Positions 35,348 to 36,578 of a stretch of 36,578 nucleotides of DNA are shown in pieces (within the stretch, counting starts at the first letter, position 1; the number at the start of each line of letters is the position of its first letter). A program made the translations under genes and the position numbers. The stretch comes from a virus (taxonomy: Duplodnaviria; Caudoviricetes). Below the pieces are notes generated by a model. It was not told the DNA's origin. It did no database searches and worked only from the letters and a program-made list of their open reading frames with translations. The DNA is taken from positions 1 through 36,578 of the IMG/VR virus record IMGVR_UViG_3300021427_000055; one strand, written 5' to 3'.

Positions 35348-35480
35348 TATTCTCCTTACCGTTTTTATGTTTTCGAACTGCTATAAACGCGGCAACTCCA
35401 CTAAGCGCCGTACCAATACCTATAAGAAAAGTACCTAATCCAGCCCATGTAATTTCTAAATCAATCCACGGGACTTCCAT
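35322..35480 (-). CDS. Small TM protein (52 aa), possible holin component
   Basis: Manual translation MEVPWIDLEITWAGLGTFLIGIGTALSGVAAFIAVRKHKNGKENNGDSSTIE, directly upstream of the endolysin. Confidence 0.65.
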   Translation of the reverse strand: MEVPWIDLEITWAGLGTFLIGIGTALSGVAAFIAVRKHKNGKENNGDSSTIE

Positions 35481-35664
35481 CGGGCTTTCTCACTAAATTC
35501 ACAACCCAAGTTACGGCAGCCGGAATAAAGGAGAGAGCTAGAGCCAAATAAAGAATCGTATCCGTATCTTCTACACCAACCAGCTTTGCAATCAATGCCG
35601 CCAATACAGTTGCGATTGGCATTGCCGTCTCAGCTGGATGATTCGTAATAGTTTTAGTCACCAA
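35461..35664 (-). CDS. Putative holin (2 TM, 67 aa)
   Basis: Two hydrophobic helices, adjacent to the endolysin. Confidence 0.65.
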   Translation of the reverse strand: MVTKTITNHPAETAMPIATVLAALIAKLVGVEDTDTILYLALALSFIPAAVTWVVNLVRKPDGSPVD

Positions 35665-36071
35665 AGCTTTGTGTCACCTGCCTCTCTTACAATTGGACCT
35701 CTAGGAAGTAGGCTTTCATCTCCGTAATGAATAGCGTTATGCGTCTTAAGAGACGTCGTTATAAGAAAGTTCGGATCAAGAAGCCAATCATCACTATTTG
35801 TAACAGCATCTATCGTTACTGGATTCATATGATGAACTAATAGGTCTGTATGAATTTCAAATCCCAGAATGCCTAAATCACAGCCGTTATCACGAACTAT
35901 GACATAATCTCTAGCACGTATCCACTCTCGAGACTTGTAAAAACGCTGGTTAATCCATCTATCAAATCCAAAAGTTGCTGTACCAACACCTCCCCGGAGT
36001 TTAAGATAGCGATATCGTTCTAAGAACGATTCTAGTTGCCGAAGCTCCGAATATGTCCTAATCTTCGACAT
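35658..36071 (-). CDS. HNH endonuclease (packaging-associated)
   Basis: Likely start MSKIRTYSEL. RDYVIVRDNGCDLG...VHHMNP...THNAIHYG. Confidence 0.85.
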   Translation of the reverse strand: MSKIRTYSELRQLESFLERYRYLKLRGGVGTATFGFDRWINQRFYKSREWIRARDYVIVRDNGCDLGILGFEIHTDLLVHHMNPVTIDAVTNSDDWLLDPNFLITTSLKTHNAIHYGDESLLPRGPIVREAGDTKLW

Positions 36072-36405
36072 CAGAATCAGGAGGTGGTAACTCACCCGAA
36101 TATGAGCGCATTGCTTGAAGTGCTTCCAGATACAACTCTTCTACACGCTTCTGAGATTCAAGAGCCTCGATCTTTACACGAGTCAATTCGTTTTCATGCT
36201 CCAGTCGTTGCTGTTCGAGACGTTCACGAGTCGAACCCAGCTTTAGAAAATGCGTAATGACTTGAGATGAAGCTGTTCCATCACGAATCTGCTCCTCGGC
36301 AAGATCAATAGCATAAGAAACCATCTCATTCTCACGAGCTTCAGGAGTTGCTGCCGGTTTACGAGGAGTTCGTTCATCTTTGGAACGTCTTCTTCTCGCT
36401 GGCAA
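36058..36405 (-). CDS. Putative terminase small subunit
   Basis: First gene of the late module, basic N-terminus, helical/coiled-coil body. Function inferred from position. Confidence 0.5.
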   Translation of the reverse strand: MPARRRRSKDERTPRKPAATPEARENEMVSYAIDLAEEQIRDGTASSQVITHFLKLGSTRERLEQQRLEHENELTRVKIEALESQKRVEELYLEALQAMRSYSGELPPPDSDVED

Positions 36406-36486
36406 GCGACCTCCTCTCCTTACTTATAGAGTTCGAGCTCCTTTCCCCATACTTTTAACCCCGGAAAAAAGTGGATTGTTTGTCAG

Positions 36487-36512
36487 AAATATACCCCCGG
36501 GGAATTTTTGGG
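36487..36512. repeat. CCCCCGGGGA-T-tract motif, copy 2
   Basis: AAATATACCCCCGGGGAATTTTTGGG. Confidence 0.6.
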
Positions 36513-36513
36513 A

Positions 36514-36578
36514 AGATCGGAAGAGCACACGTCTGAACTCCAGTCACCGGCTATGATCTCGTATGCCGTCTTCTGCTT
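36514..36578 (+). other. Illumina TruSeq indexed adapter (sequencing artefact)
   Basis: AGATCGGAAGAGCACACGTCTGAACTCCAGTCAC-CGGCTATG-ATCTCGTATGCCGTCTTCTGCTT. Confidence 0.99.

Overview
This is a partial genome of a tailed dsDNA siphophage, with essentially all genes on the minus strand. Its architecture matches the actinobacteriophage group that includes Arthrobacter AM/AU/AW, Streptomyces BI, Rhodococcus CC and Gordonia DJ (recognised from gene order and motifs, not from a search). From right to left: putative TerS, HNH nuclease, small lysis cassette (M15 peptidase), TerL, portal, fused protease-major capsid, head-tail and tail genes, tape measure, Dit and Gp37-like hub; then an accessory region at about 12-15.3 kb, DUF6353-like paralogs, a 1254-aa SF3 helicase/primase/PolB fusion, SSB, small genes and a truncated SF2 helicase. 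The last 65 nt are an untrimmed Illumina adapter. Two things stand out. (1) A phage-encoded sortase (His/Cys/Arg intact) sits directly behind a secreted Cys/His/acidic protein that ends in a non-canonical LPESL-stop signal, followed by a second secreted protein and tiny membrane peptides, and the unit is bracketed by structured non-coding elements. (2) A fixed-length 25-nt motif (TCG-N7-AACA-N5-TWTAAT) occurs six times and heads either single-gene cassettes or protein-free, self-complementary 50-90 nt elements ending in U-tracts. All calls were made by eye and no database searches were run.
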